Assembly: GCA_951406725.2 (NCBI GenBank)
Contig: OX597829.1
Span: 15,810,001 to 15,874,000 of the forward strand
DNA: 64,000 nt
Reading direction: 5' to 3'
DNA from: Octopus vulgaris
Taxonomy: Eukaryota
Shown here: in pieces, positions 15,630 through 28,016 of the stretch
Layout of the letters: each line of letters starts with the position of its first letter
Position numbering within the stretch: the stretch's first letter is position 1
Translations under genes and position numbers: made by a program
The notes under the pieces: model-generated
Database searches by the model: none
Seen by the model: the letters and a program-made list of their open reading frames with translations, nothing else
What the model was told of the DNA's origin: nothing

Positions 15630-16250
15630 ACACACACATACACACACACACGCACGCATACAAACACCCTCATACACACACACAAACACGCACATACGCA
15701 CATACACACACACACACAAAACACACAGGAAGAATGCTGATTAATCACACGAAAACGTTCAACCAACAAAACGCGTGGCGTGAATTTGACACATCTACCA
15801 CATGAACCCTTCAACAAGTTTCCTTCTAACAATAACTATCTTCCTACATCAAAAGCAGAATATATAAAAAGGAAAAAAACAATAACAACTATTTCCACCA
15901 TCTTTTCTTTTTCACTTACACCCAACAGACATATTCTTTCCTCCTATTCTGCAGTTTCAACACAATTTCACCTTTCTGCATAGAAAAGCACTTATTCATA
16001 ACCTAATTTTCATTAATACTACTCTGCCAATCAAGTCAACAGCCTGCCAAAAAATACTATGAAAACCAAGCTAAACCACTTTCTAATGACGGCTGTTAAG
16101 CTAAAACTCAGAAATGACTGTCAATTTTATTTTTTTTAATTCATTAATGTAATACCCTACTAAAAAGTATTGAACATTCCTTTAGTTTAATAATTAGTTT
16201 AATAATTAGTTATTTTCATATATACATATGAACATATATATATATATATA

Positions 16251-16357
16251 ATCCTCCTTCTTTCTTTCCTTTCCTTAGCATCCAATAATACTATACTTGT
16301 TCCACGTCCTTGCATTGTTGTGTTTTCTCCTTGTGTTTTCATGTTTGGATTAACTTT
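16251..16357 (+). mobile_element. 3' end of a PLE-like repeat (local family B); inverted partner of 23018-23127
   Basis: Close reverse-complement match to 23018-23127 (ATCCTCCTTC...GGATTAACTTT). Confidence 0.8.
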
Positions 16358-17273
16358 GCTGTGAGTCAATGGGCAGACAGAAACAAAATGCAACTGAATG
16401 AGGGAAAATTTGAGCTGATGCATTTTGGAAGAAATTCCTCACTAAAACAGCCATACTCTCTTCCTTCAGGGGAACCGCTCACAGCCTCTAACAATATCAG
16501 AGACCTGGGTGTAATTGTTGCTGACGATCTCAGTTAGAGTGCACATATCAACAAGAAGGTCGATATAGCTCGTAGGATGAGTTCCTGGATCTTAAGATCT
16601 TTCCGGTCCAGAGAACAAGGTGTCATCATACCACTTTTCTCCTCCTTTGTACGGCCACACCTCGAATACTGCTGCCCACTGTGGTCTCCCCATACAAGAC
16701 AAAACATCTCGAGGATTGAGTCACCCCAGAGGGCACTCACTAAACGAATTGAAGGCATGGCTGCTCTCGATTATTGGGATCGCCTTAAAGCCTTGAAACT
16801 TTACTCTCTCCAGCGTCGCCGTGAACGGTACATCATTTGTACGATGTGGAGAATATACCGCCAACTTTGTCCAAACGACCTGAACATTAGCTTCAAGGTT
16901 CATCCAAGACTGGGACCTCGGGCCATACGTCCCCTGCCCAATTCAAGATCACAGCATACATGTACACTGCAACATAATTTCTTTTCCTCAACAGGCCCTG
17001 CCCTATTTAACATTGTCCCGAAAGAGATCAAAGAAGAAAAGGATCCCATCAACTTTAAACGGAGTCTGGATAGATTCCTTCAAAGAATACCAGATAAGCC
17101 ACCCATAATTGGATATAACTCACCCAACAAGAACTCACTACTTGAATGGACCATAAACAAAACTTGACTTAAACAGGATTCGAATAATCCTATCAGGTGG
17201 TGCTATTAAGTTAGACATGGCCTGGACCAATCTTTGGTCGAAACATATCTAATTTTATCTAAGTTTATCTAAG
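16358..17273 (+). mobile_element. 5'-truncated CR1/L2-group LINE (RT C-terminal region, 3' UTR, tandem tail)
   Basis: One frame MQLNEGKFELMHFG..DLGVIVADDLS*..WILRSF..FVRPHLEYCCPLWSP..LKLYSLQRRRER with an in-frame TAG at 16535; ends in (TTTATCTAAG)x2. Confidence 0.88.
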
Positions 17274-17296
17274 TGTATATATATATATATATATAT

Positions 17297-18068
17297 CAGC
17301 AATATTATCTATTGCGTCTCTTGCTCTCTCTGCCATTCCTTGTACATCGGACAAACGGGACGCCGCTTGGCTGACCGGTTCGCGGAACACCTTCGTGACA
17401 TCCACCATGCGAACGAAACACCGGTCTCACGCCATTTCCGCTCCACCGGTCACTCCTTGCAACACCTATCTGTGTTCGGTTTGTCCTTACACAGAGGCCA
17501 TCCGGATTCCCGTTTGCGCCGTGAACAGGAATTAATCTTCTCTCTTCGCTCTTATACGCCATTTGGTCTCAACTCTCCCCCCTCCTCATCTAACCCCCTC
17601 TCCCCCTCCTCACCTACCTTCCACCCCCTCGACCCCTACTTCTTCAGTCCTTCATCCTTTCACCCCTACTCCCCTTCCCTTCTTCCCTCTTTCTCCCTCC
17701 CTCCTTCCCTCTTCCCCTTCCCTCTGCTCCCTCACTCCCCTTCTCTCTCCCTCTCTCCCTCTTTCCTCTTTCCTCCTTCCTCCTCCTCCCCTTCTTTATC
17801 CCCTCCTCTCTCTCCCCCTCTCCCCCTCCCATCCTCCCCTCTTCTCCTCTTCCCCCCTCTTCTCCCCTCTTCTCCCCCTCCCCCTCTTCTCCTCTCTCCA
17901 CACTACACCACACGACTTTACACATCACATCATATATGATGTGCCATACTAATACATACACCAACTAATACATACTAATACGTACTAATACATACTAATA
18001 CATACCAATACATACACCAGCCCTATACATACACACGTCCAGACCTCTCATACGCACTAATACTCTCT

Positions 18069-18103
<35 letters not shown>

Positions 18104-18510
18104 ATACATACTAATACATACACCAACCCTATACATACACACGTCCAGACCTCTCATACGCACTAATACTCTCTCATACACAAACACACACACCCTCATG
18201 TCGGAGCTGGTCATTCAACCCTATTATCAACCCTATTATCTCCCCTTATTTCGCTCTCGCGTCTCATGTTTGATCTTTGACCTCTGGCCGAAATCAGATC
18301 GCCATGTTGATTCGTTAGTTACTGCACGCATTTTTTTCTCTCCTTCTTTCTGTGTTTTTTTTCTCTCTGTGTATCTTTCTGTTGAAGAGCGTAGGCTCGA
18401 AACGTTAAAGACTTGTTTTATTTATATTTCCTGAGCGCCATACTAATACAATTGTTTCTTTGTTTCCCACCTGCCTTCGTCTTTTGTCTATTTTCATAAA
18501 GCTTCCCGTT
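17297..18510 (+). repeat. Upstream pseudo-LTR of the PLE (GIY-YIG 3' part, C/T tract, internal tandem units, HHR)
   Basis: Near-identical to 21753-22996; encodes YIGQTGRRLADRFAEHLRDI..GLN. Confidence 0.92.
18374..18411 (+). ncRNA. Minimal type I hammerhead-like motif with A6U core in pLTR
   Basis: Stem I TCTTT/AAAGA; core CTGTTGA; stem II GAGC-GTAG-GCTC; GAAA; palindromic AACGTT. PLE pLTRs are known to carry minimal HHRs. Confidence 0.65.
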
Positions 18511-19148
18511 ATATATTATGCGCTCACGTGGTCTCACTTTCATCCTATATTCTACCAATACCACTATCAACACTTACCTCTACCTTGGATTTTCTTTACC
18601 TCTTGGATACTTACCATTGGCTGCACCTCTCTTTCGCGGATCAAAGTGACTTTGCATTGATGTGAAATCCTTAAAAAATATACCACGACGTCTACACATT
18701 TCTAACCTTGAACTTTCTACCTTGAACTTGTTCGCATAAACTGTCCCGTTTGTTGTATTTTTATTTTCTCATATATTACCACTTTTTTACATTCATTTCA
18801 TGCTTTCCACAGTTTCCTGCATTTTTGTTCTCCTTTCCGTCTTTCTTCCCTCTCTGGATGTCCATACTCTGTTTCCTCTGCCTGCACCCCCTTTTTTGCC
18901 TCCCCCTCTCTCTGCTTCCCTTCTTTCTTTCCCTTTTCCGTTTGCCCCGTCTTTTCTGCCCCTATCGCTTACTTATCTAGTTTTTTCATACGATTATTAT
19001 TATTTTTTTTGTTTTTTTGAACGTTTGTTTTTTCCCCTTTTTTTCGCTATCCTTTTTTATCTATTTTTTTCATACGATAATTTTTTGTTTTTTGTTTTTT
19101 GTTTTTTTTTTGTTTTTTCGAACGTTTGTTTTTTTCCGCTATCCCATC

Positions 19149-22050
19149 ATGCCGGATCCTAGGTCCTACCTCCTCACCCTCCATCATCGTTTGAAGGATC
19201 ATCTCCGTTCTCTTCCTGTATATTGCCTTCAGCCGTCCGTTAATCTCTCTCTACTTCTTTATAAAAAAACCCGCTTCTCTAGCCATGTTTCTTTCCTAAG
19301 CCGCTGCCTACATCACCGACTCATCCCTAAAGGTTTCCGCCTCCACTTCCACCATGCTCTCCACTCCGATTCTTCCATCTTACCCATACTCCGCACCACA
19401 TCTTACCGCCTTATGCGGGCCACCATTCGCTCCAATCTCTCTAAACTACATACCATCAACCGCCTTCTTCCTCCTGCTTTCTCCACCTTCTTCTCCTCTC
19501 TGCCGCCTCTCTATGCTCCAAACACGCTACGCTTCATTATCCATTTGAATCAACTCTTCCATCAATTTCTTTCTGATACCAAACTTCGTAAACTCCAATC
19601 ACTTCTCCATTCCACCCTACCCGACGCCACCACCCCAACTCCTCCACTACCCTTCTCCCCTCCCGATAGGCTCCATCCACCCACACCTAACCCCACTGCC
19701 CCTCCCTACAACCCCTTCTCCCCTCCTGATAGGCTCCATCCACCTACACCTAACCCTACTGCCCCCCCAACCCCCCACACACCTCCCCAATCCCTCCCCC
19801 TCAGACCTCCACGAGACCTACCACCCCTCCTACTTCTATTCCACCCACCCCTTCTCCACTTCCGTCTGTTGTTACCATTCCCCCCGATCTTCCCCTCTCT
19901 GCGGCTGAACGCTCCGTCCTTGGTAGGGGTCTGCGTTTCATCCCCTTCATTCCATCCTGTAAGGAATTCCAGACGCGAGTTGATGTCCACAGCTTTGTGC
20001 GCCGTGTCCGGTTGGGTGCGCATTACCACGACTCGCCACCCACACCCAACGAAGAGGACTGCTTCACTGGCCTGGGCCGCCGACCATCCCCGTGGACGCC
20101 TGCCCCTGGCCAGATCCTAGCAGTGGATCTTTTCGCGGGCGCTTGACAGCGTGCATTGGAGCGGTTCAACTTCTCCAGGCGCCAACGCCGCCTCAACATC
20201 TCCCCGGCTGAGCTCTTGGCTCTTCGTTCCCTCCAACGGCGCGCTGACATTATCATCAAACCGGCTGACAAGGGTGGAGCTGTAGTGGTGTGGCGCGCGG
20301 ACCTCTATAGGGCCGAGGCTTTCCGCCAACTCAATGATACCTCCTTCTACTCCCTTCTGCCCTCTAACCCCACACGTAGCTACCAACAGACGGTATCCTC
20401 TACTGTCCGCGACCTCATCTCGTCCTCCCGTCTCCCCCACACCGCATCCAACCTAATTGTGCGAACCCCACGTACCCCCACCATTTACTTCCTCCCCAAA
20501 ATCCACAAACCCAACAACCCTGGCCGCCCCATCGTCTCCGCCTGTAACTGCCCCACGGAGCTCATCTCTAAATACCTCGACCGTGTCCTTGCCCCCCCTA
20601 GTGGCATCTCTTCCCTCCCACATCCACGATACCAACCATGCTCTCCGGCTTTTCAACTCTTTCTCCTTTCCTCCCGGCTCCTCCAAAATCCTTTTTACTA
20701 TGGACATCCAAAGCCTCTATACTGTTATCCCTCACCACGAAGGACTGCAGGCCCTTCGACACTTTCTTGACCTCCGCTCCAACCCTGTACCTGACACCTC
20801 CACACTCATTCGTCTGGCCGAACTTGTCCTTACTCTGAACTGCTTCTCGTTCGCGGGCGAGTTCTACCATCAGGTCTCGGGAGTGGCCATGGGAACGCGA
20901 ATGGGCCCCAACTATGCGAACCTGTTCGTTGGCTATGTTGAGGCCCAAATATTCTCTAATTTCACTGGTCCCACTCCTGAACTATATGGTCGTTACATTG
21001 ACGACATTATCGGTGCCACCTCACTCTCCCGTGAACATCGAGATTCCTTCCTCTCTTTCGTCCAATCTTTCCATCCAGCCCTCCACTTCACTTCCACTAT
21101 CTCCAACACCTGTCTCCTTCCGCGACATTTCGGTTAGCATTCTTCACTCCATTCTTACCACCTCCATTCACTACAAACACACAGACTCACACTCATACCT
21201 CAACTTCTCTTCCTCCCACCCAGAACACACCAAGCTTTCCATCCCCTATTTCCAATTCCTCCGTCTACGTAGGCTCTGTAGTGTCGACCATGACTTTGAG
21301 ACTCAGTCTCAACGTATGGCTCACCACTTCACCCTACGTGGATACCCCCTCACCACTATCCACACCGCCCTTGCCAGAGCACGGTCCGTGGACCGTGTAT
21401 CTGCTCTCTCTCCCCGAACCCGCCCTGTAGTCTCCCGCCTCCCTTTTCCCCTCACTTACCACCCCACGACCCTACCTCTCCAACGCACCATTCTTCGATC
21501 TTTCCGTCATCTCCAGTCCGACCCTTCCACTTCACACCTCTTCCCTAACCGACCCCTCCCCTCTTTCAAACGAGCCCACAACCTTCGAGACCTTTTGGTC
21601 CATAGCTCCTTCCCTGACCCTACCTCCCAACCCGGCTCGTTCCCCTGCTCCCGCCCACGTTGCCGCACTTGCCCTTACCTCTCCAACACCACCCTCCTCA
21701 CTAGCACCCACCATCGACCCTATCCCATCATCCACTCCTTCACCTGCACCTCCAGCAATATTATCTATTGCGTCTCTTGCTCTCTCTGCCATTCCTTGTA
21801 CATCGGACAAACGGGACGCCGCTTGGCTGAACGGGTTCGCGGAACACCTTCGTGACATCCACCTTGCGAACGACACACCGGTCTCACGCCATTTCCGCTC
21901 CACCGGTCACTCCTTGCAACACCTATCTGTGTTCGGTTTGTCCTTACACAGAGGCCATCCGGATTCCCGTTTGCGCCGTGAACAGGAATTAATCTTCTCT
22001 CTTCGCTCTTATACGCCATTTGGTCTCAACTCTCCCCCCTCCTCATCTAA
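19149..22050 (+). pseudogene. PLE RT-GIY-YIG polyprotein, disrupted by about 4 frameshifts and one in-frame TGA
   Basis: LIPKGF; LGRGLRFIP; IIIKPADKGGAVVVW; LPKIHKPNNPGRPIVS; FTMDIQSLYTVIP; GVAMGTRMGPNYANLF; RYIDD; HYKHTDSHSYL; linker CSRPRCRTC; NIIYCVSCSLCHSLYIGQTGR. Frameshifts near 19800, 20595, 21110 and 21832; TGA at 20144. Confidence 0.92.
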
Positions 22051-22996
22051 CCCCACTCTCTCCCCTCTTCACCTACCTTCCCCCCCGACCCCTACTTCTT
22101 CAGTCCTTCATCCTTTCACCCCTACTCCCCTTCCCTTCTTCCCTCTTTCTCCCTCCCTCCTTCCCTCTTCCCCTTCCCTCTGCTCCCTCACTCCCCTTCT
22201 CTCTCCCCCTCTTCACCTCCCCCTCTTCTCCACCTCCCCCCTCTTCTCCTCTCTCCACACTACACCACACGACTTTACACATCACATCATATATGATGTG
22301 CCATACTAATACATACACCAATTAATACATACTAATACGTACTAATACATACTAATACACACTAATACATACTAATACATACACCAACCCTATACATACA
22401 CACGTCCAGACCTCTCATACGCACTTAAACTCTCTCATACACACACACACACACACTTATACATACTAATACGTACTAATACATACTAATACATACACCA
22501 ACCCTATACATACACACGTCCAGACCTCTCATACGCACTAATACTCTCTCATACACACACACACACACACACACCCTTATACATACTAATACATACTAAT
22601 ACATACACCAACCCTATACATACACACGTCCAGACCTCTCATACGCGCTAATACTCTCTCATACACACACACACACCCTCATGTCGGAGCTGGTCATTCA
22701 ACCCTATTATCAACCCTATTATCTCCCCTTATTTCGCTCTCGCGTCTCATGTTTGATCTTTGACCTCTGGCCGAAATCAGATCGCCATGTTGATTCGTTA
22801 GTTATTGCACGCATTTTTTTACTCTCCTTCTTTCTGTGTTTTTTTTCTCTCTGTGTAACTTTCTGTTGAAGAGCGTAGGCTCGAAACGTTAAAGACTTGT
22901 TTTATTTATATTTCCTGAGAGAGCCATACTAATACAATTGTTTGTTTGTTTCCCACCTGCCTTCGTCTTTTGTCTATTTTCATAAAGCTTCCAGTT
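21753..22996 (+). repeat. Downstream pseudo-LTR of the PLE
   Basis: Direct repeat of 17297-18510 with a shorter C/T tract and three rather than two internal tandem units. Confidence 0.92.
22859..22894 (+). ncRNA. Minimal hammerhead-like motif with A6U core in the second pLTR
   Basis: CTTT-CTGTTGA-A-GAGCGTAGGCTC-GAAA-CGTT-AAAG. Confidence 0.65.
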
Positions 22997-23017
22997 ATAT
23001 ATATATATATATATATA

Positions 23018-23195
23018 TAAAGTTAATCCAAACATGAAAACACAAACAGAGAAAACACAACACTGCAAGGACGTGGAACAAGTATAGTATTATTGGATGC
23101 TCAGGGAAGGAAAGAAAGAAGGAGGATTTAACGTGTCGAGCGGAGCTCTTCGTCAGAAATATAGGAAAAGGAAAGATCCAAGGAAGGGAAGACGG
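23018..23195 (-). mobile_element. PLE-like 3' end (family B) containing a hammerhead motif at 23126-23160 with GAAA mutated to GACA
   Basis: Minus strand ATTT-CTGACGA-A-GAGC-TCC-GCTC-GACA-CGTT-AAAT; ends at (TA)n. Confidence 0.7.
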
Positions 23196-23462
23196 TACAC
23201 ATCCGGTCACATTTTGAATCATATAACTCTTTCTCTGTTACTCTTTTACTCGTTTCAGTCATTTGACAGTGGTCATGCTGGAGCACCGCCTTCAGTCGAG
23301 CAAATCGACCCCAGGACTTATTCTTTGTAAGTCTAGTACTTATTCTATCGGTTTCTTTTTTGCCGAACCGATAAGTTACGGGTATGTAAACACACCAGCA
23401 TCGTATGTCAAGCGATGTTGAAGGGGGACAAACACAGACACACATGCACACACACACACACG

Positions 23463-24003
<541 letters not shown>

Positions 24004-24038
24004 TATATCAACTCGTGTGTTCCTTTTCACCCTTATAC

Positions 24039-24121
<83 letters not shown>

Positions 24122-24289
24122 TATATACGACGGGCTTCTTTCAGTTTCTGTCTACCAAATCCACTCACAAGGCTTTGGTCGGCCCGAGGCTATAATAAAA
24201 GACACTTGCCCAAAGTGCCACGCAGTGGGACTAAACCCGGAACCATGTGGTTCGTAATCAAGCTATTTACCACACAGCCACTCCTACGC

Positions 24290-24379
<90 letters not shown>

Positions 24380-24380
24380 G

Positions 24381-24412
<32 letters not shown>

Positions 24413-24481
24413 TCATGGGGCTACAAGCTACAGTAACATACACCCTTAGTGGTTAGCCGCACTTAGATGACAAATATACTT

Positions 24482-24528
<47 letters not shown>

Positions 24529-24604
24529 TCACGTAAGAAACAAACATTAATCCATATATGTATGTGTATGTGTGTGTATGTTTGTGTGTGTGTGTGTGTG
24601 GCAT

Positions 24605-24740
24605 ACCTGTGTGGTAAGGAGCGTGCTTCCCAACCACATGATTTTGGGTTCAGTCCATAGGGCAAATAACTATAGCCTCGAGCTGCCAAAGCCTTTTGAG
24701 TGGATTTGGCAGACGGAAACTGAAAGACGCCCATCGTATG
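24605..24740 (+). mobile_element. SINE family S2, degenerate 5' part
   Basis: CTGTGTGGTAAG..CCAACCACATG..GAGTGGATTTGGCAGACGGAAACTGAAAGA. Confidence 0.7.
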
Positions 24741-24772
24741 TGTGTGTGTATGTGTGTCTGTGTGTGTATGTA

Positions 24773-24869
<97 letters not shown>

Positions 24870-24984
24870 ATATACACACACATATATATATATACGAGTG
24901 AATATAAAAAAGAAAGAAGGGCATTCGACACATTTGTTGACAGTAATATATATATAGAGAGCAAAACAGCTTGGTTCAGATTCC

Positions 24985-25146
24985 AAGAAGAAAAAGAAGA
25001 AGAAGAAGAAGAAGAAGAAGAAGATAGGAAGAAGAAGATAGGAAGAAGAAGAAGAAGAAGAAGAAGAAGAAGAAGAAGAAGAAGAAGAAGAGGGGGAGGA
25101 GGAGGAGGAAGAAGAAGAAGAGGAGGAGGAGGAGGAAGAGGAGGAG

Positions 25147-25178
<32 letters not shown>

Positions 25179-25197
25179 AGAAGAAGAAGAAAAAGAA

Positions 25198-25232
<35 letters not shown>

Positions 25233-25334
25233 AAAAAGAAAAAGAAGAAGAAGAAGAAGAAGAAAGAAGAAGAAGAAGAAGAAGAAGAAGAAGAAGAAGA
25301 AGAAGAAGAAGAAGAAGAAGAAGAAGAAGAAGAA
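24985..25334. repeat. ~350 bp (GAA)n/(GGA)n polypurine tract
   Basis: Directly visible. Confidence 0.97.
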
Positions 25335-25344
25335 ATTTGATGGA

Positions 25345-25506
25345 GAGGGCTAATCGATGATATCGACCCCAGTGCTCAAATGGTTTCATATTTAATCGAC
25401 CTCTAAAGGAGGAAAAGCAAAATCAACCTCGCTGGAAATTGAACTCAGAACGAACTGCTACTATGCATTCTCCCCGGCGTGCCAACGATTCTGCCCGCTC
25501 ACCACT

Positions 25507-25603
<97 letters not shown>

Positions 25604-25846
25604 CAATAATAATAATAATTGTTTCTTTATTACCCACAAGGGGCTAAACATAGAGGGTACAAACAAGGACAGACAAACGGATTAAGTTGATTAGATCGAC
25701 CCCAGTGCGTAACTGGTACTTAATTTATCGACCCCGAAAGGATAAAAGGCAAAGTCGACCTTGGTGGAATTTGATCTCAGAAGGTAGCGGCAGACGAAAT
25801 ACCGCTTAGCATTTCGCCCAGCGTCCTAACGTTTCTGCCAGCTCGC
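25345..25846 (-). mobile_element. Two S1 SINE copies separated by (AAT)n
   Basis: Degenerate copy at 25345-25505 and a good copy at 25621-25846. Confidence 0.8.
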
Positions 25847-25848
25847 AA

Positions 25849-25934
<86 letters not shown>

Positions 25935-26520
25935 ATGATATGACAGTTTCAATGTCTTTGATCATAAGCCTGCTACATCAGGGATGTTCTAAGGCAGATC
26001 TATAATAACAAAAACAGCACATTAGACCATTTGCCTCTAGATACACGATATCTAAACACGGTTGGGGCATCGTTGATCATATATATCTGGAAGGTTGGGG
26101 ATAACCTGCAGGCTAAACAACAAAATGAAAGTCACTTCAATTAATGAGATGATAGATACATTATATCTGTAAACAAGGCAAATTTGTCACAGTTGGAGCC
26201 TCTTTGATCATATATACGGTACATCATGAATGACCTAGGGCTAAAGAGCAATAACAACAACAACATGGAAAAGTACTTTAGTTAATGTAGTCCTAGTTAT
26301 ATTAACCTGAAAACAAAACCGAATGAGCACAGCTGGAGCATCTTTGATCAAACGTAGGCTAGAGAAGGTCTCTACTGAACTTAAATAACAACAAAATCCG
26401 ACACATTAAATCATATAACTCAAGATGCATTATATCTGAAAATAAGGGGAGATGGTCACAGCCGGAACCTCTTTGATCGTAGGCATGTTGGATCAGTAGT
26501 GTTACTCCTGGGGTGATAAG
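25935..26520 (+). repeat. Five degenerate ~115-140 bp tandem units of an old interspersed repeat module
   Basis: CAG(C/T)TGGA..CTTTGATCA-like anchors at 25958, 26073, 26204, 26344 and 26473; solo copies near 29795 and 30775. Confidence 0.65.
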
Positions 26521-27339
26521 CGACCACCAATTTTTCTTTCTCTCTCTCTCCCCCGCTTTCACTCTCTTTCTCTCTCTCTCCTGCTTTCTCTCTCTCTCCT
26601 GCTTTCTCTCTCTTTCCTGCTTTCTCTCTCCCTCCTGTGTCTCTTCACCTCTCTCTTTCCACATCCTTTTCTCTTTTCTCATTTACTCTCTCTCTCTCTC
26701 TCTCTCTCTCTCGTTCTTTCTTACTTTCATATGAAAGCAAGAGATTGAAACTCTTCATCTTATCACTTCTCAAGGCAATTCAAACGATCGAACTCTTGGC
26801 TAATTCTCGATTGCAGACCATCACCTATTTCGTGGAATCAGTATATTGTTCTCAGTAACGACAACAACAATATGGTTGACAAAACTGCCATCAGTAGAGG
26901 ACAATTCACCCTCATATTTAATTCAGCCATCTTTAAAAAGCAATTAAACAAAATAAGAAAAAGCACTGTAATCTCAGTTACATAATATTGGAATAAAAGG
27001 TTTGGAATGCATTTGATCATAATTTTGTTTGAACAGGTTAATCAAGAAACTGAACAAACAACAGCAATAGCAACAAAAACAGCAGCAACCTAAGCGACTA
27101 AGTGGCTGCATTTTATTGAATTTGTATAAGTTTCCTAAATCTGTTATTGAAATACCTCTCCCACGGATGAATGGCGCCGGGAATGGTTGTAGAATTAAGA
27201 AGTGTACATTGCTATCAGCTGGAATTTGGTTTAATCCCATCGTATGAAGTTTTGAACAAGTCCCTTATAATAACCTCGATAACCTCAATCCGGTGAGAAT
27301 GGAATTTGTTTGGCAGACACTGTTAAAACAAGTAACATT

Positions 27340-27930
27340 TGTGGACTTACAAAAATCCATAAAAAAAGAAATTCATGGCAGTTTAAAGAACCTCCTACGC
27401 CAAACATAAAGCTATTTCAGGACCACCATCTAGCGTCCAATAGTTAAGCAGTTTATTTCACATAATATTGCAACCATTGCAAATTGCTCCTTAGTTTCAT
27501 CAGAGATGACGTAGACTTTCTAAATCATGGTCCAGAAGGGGCAGATAAAGGGACAATCCTAGTTAGCTTTCACGTAACCAATCTCCTCACATATATCCCA
27601 CATGGGTTAGATTTACAAGCACTAGAATTCTGAAAAGACAAATACTGACATAAAATTCAGAAGAGGTTCCCGAAGGAGTTGATGAGGAAAAAGTTGCGGT
27701 TGGTACTGGAATACTACTACTTCTTTGATAGTTAGTATTACCTACAAATACAAGGCACCGCAGTGGTGACGAAAGTCGCCCCGACGTTTGCATCAATAAT
27801 AATGGGATTCCTGAGAGAAATATTTACATCTTGTCAGGGATTACCTTTTATCAACATTTCCAAACCTATTTAATAGGGAACTGAAAACGATCGTTGGATG
27901 ATTGCACCACATTTTGAATAGTTAATAACA
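27340..27930 (+). pseudogene. Old degenerate PLE reverse-transcriptase remnant
   Basis: GLTKIHK; TILVSFHVTNLLTYIPHGLDLQALEF; YYLQIQGTAVVTKVAPTFASIIMG; KRSLDDC (PLE RT motifs in order). Confidence 0.7.
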
Positions 27931-27982
27931 TTTAGAAATGTATTCATTGTGTGTATGCGCGCGTGAGTGTGTGTGCATATAC

Positions 27983-28016
<34 letters not shown>

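Larger units (their letters stand above)
17297..22996 (+). mobile_element. Penelope-like element (Neptune-type) with direct pseudo-LTRs, inserted in (TA)n
   Basis: RT plus C-terminal GIY-YIG ORF; ~1.2 kb direct repeats at 17297-18510 and 21753-22996; (TA)n on both sides. Confidence 0.93.

Noticed and set aside
43-15832. Dozens of ORFs of HT/YI/CV/YLSI/poly-amino-acid type (also throughout the rest of the window)
   Set aside because: Translations of stop-free microsatellites with no domain content
16251-23127. Large TIR DNA transposon carrying two retroelements
   Set aside because: The inverted ends are PLE-like 3' ends of unequal extent facing inward; no transposase or TSD
25935-26520. CRISPR-like repeat-spacer array
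   Set aside because: Eukaryotic context; units are homologous throughout and highly degenerate; no cas genes
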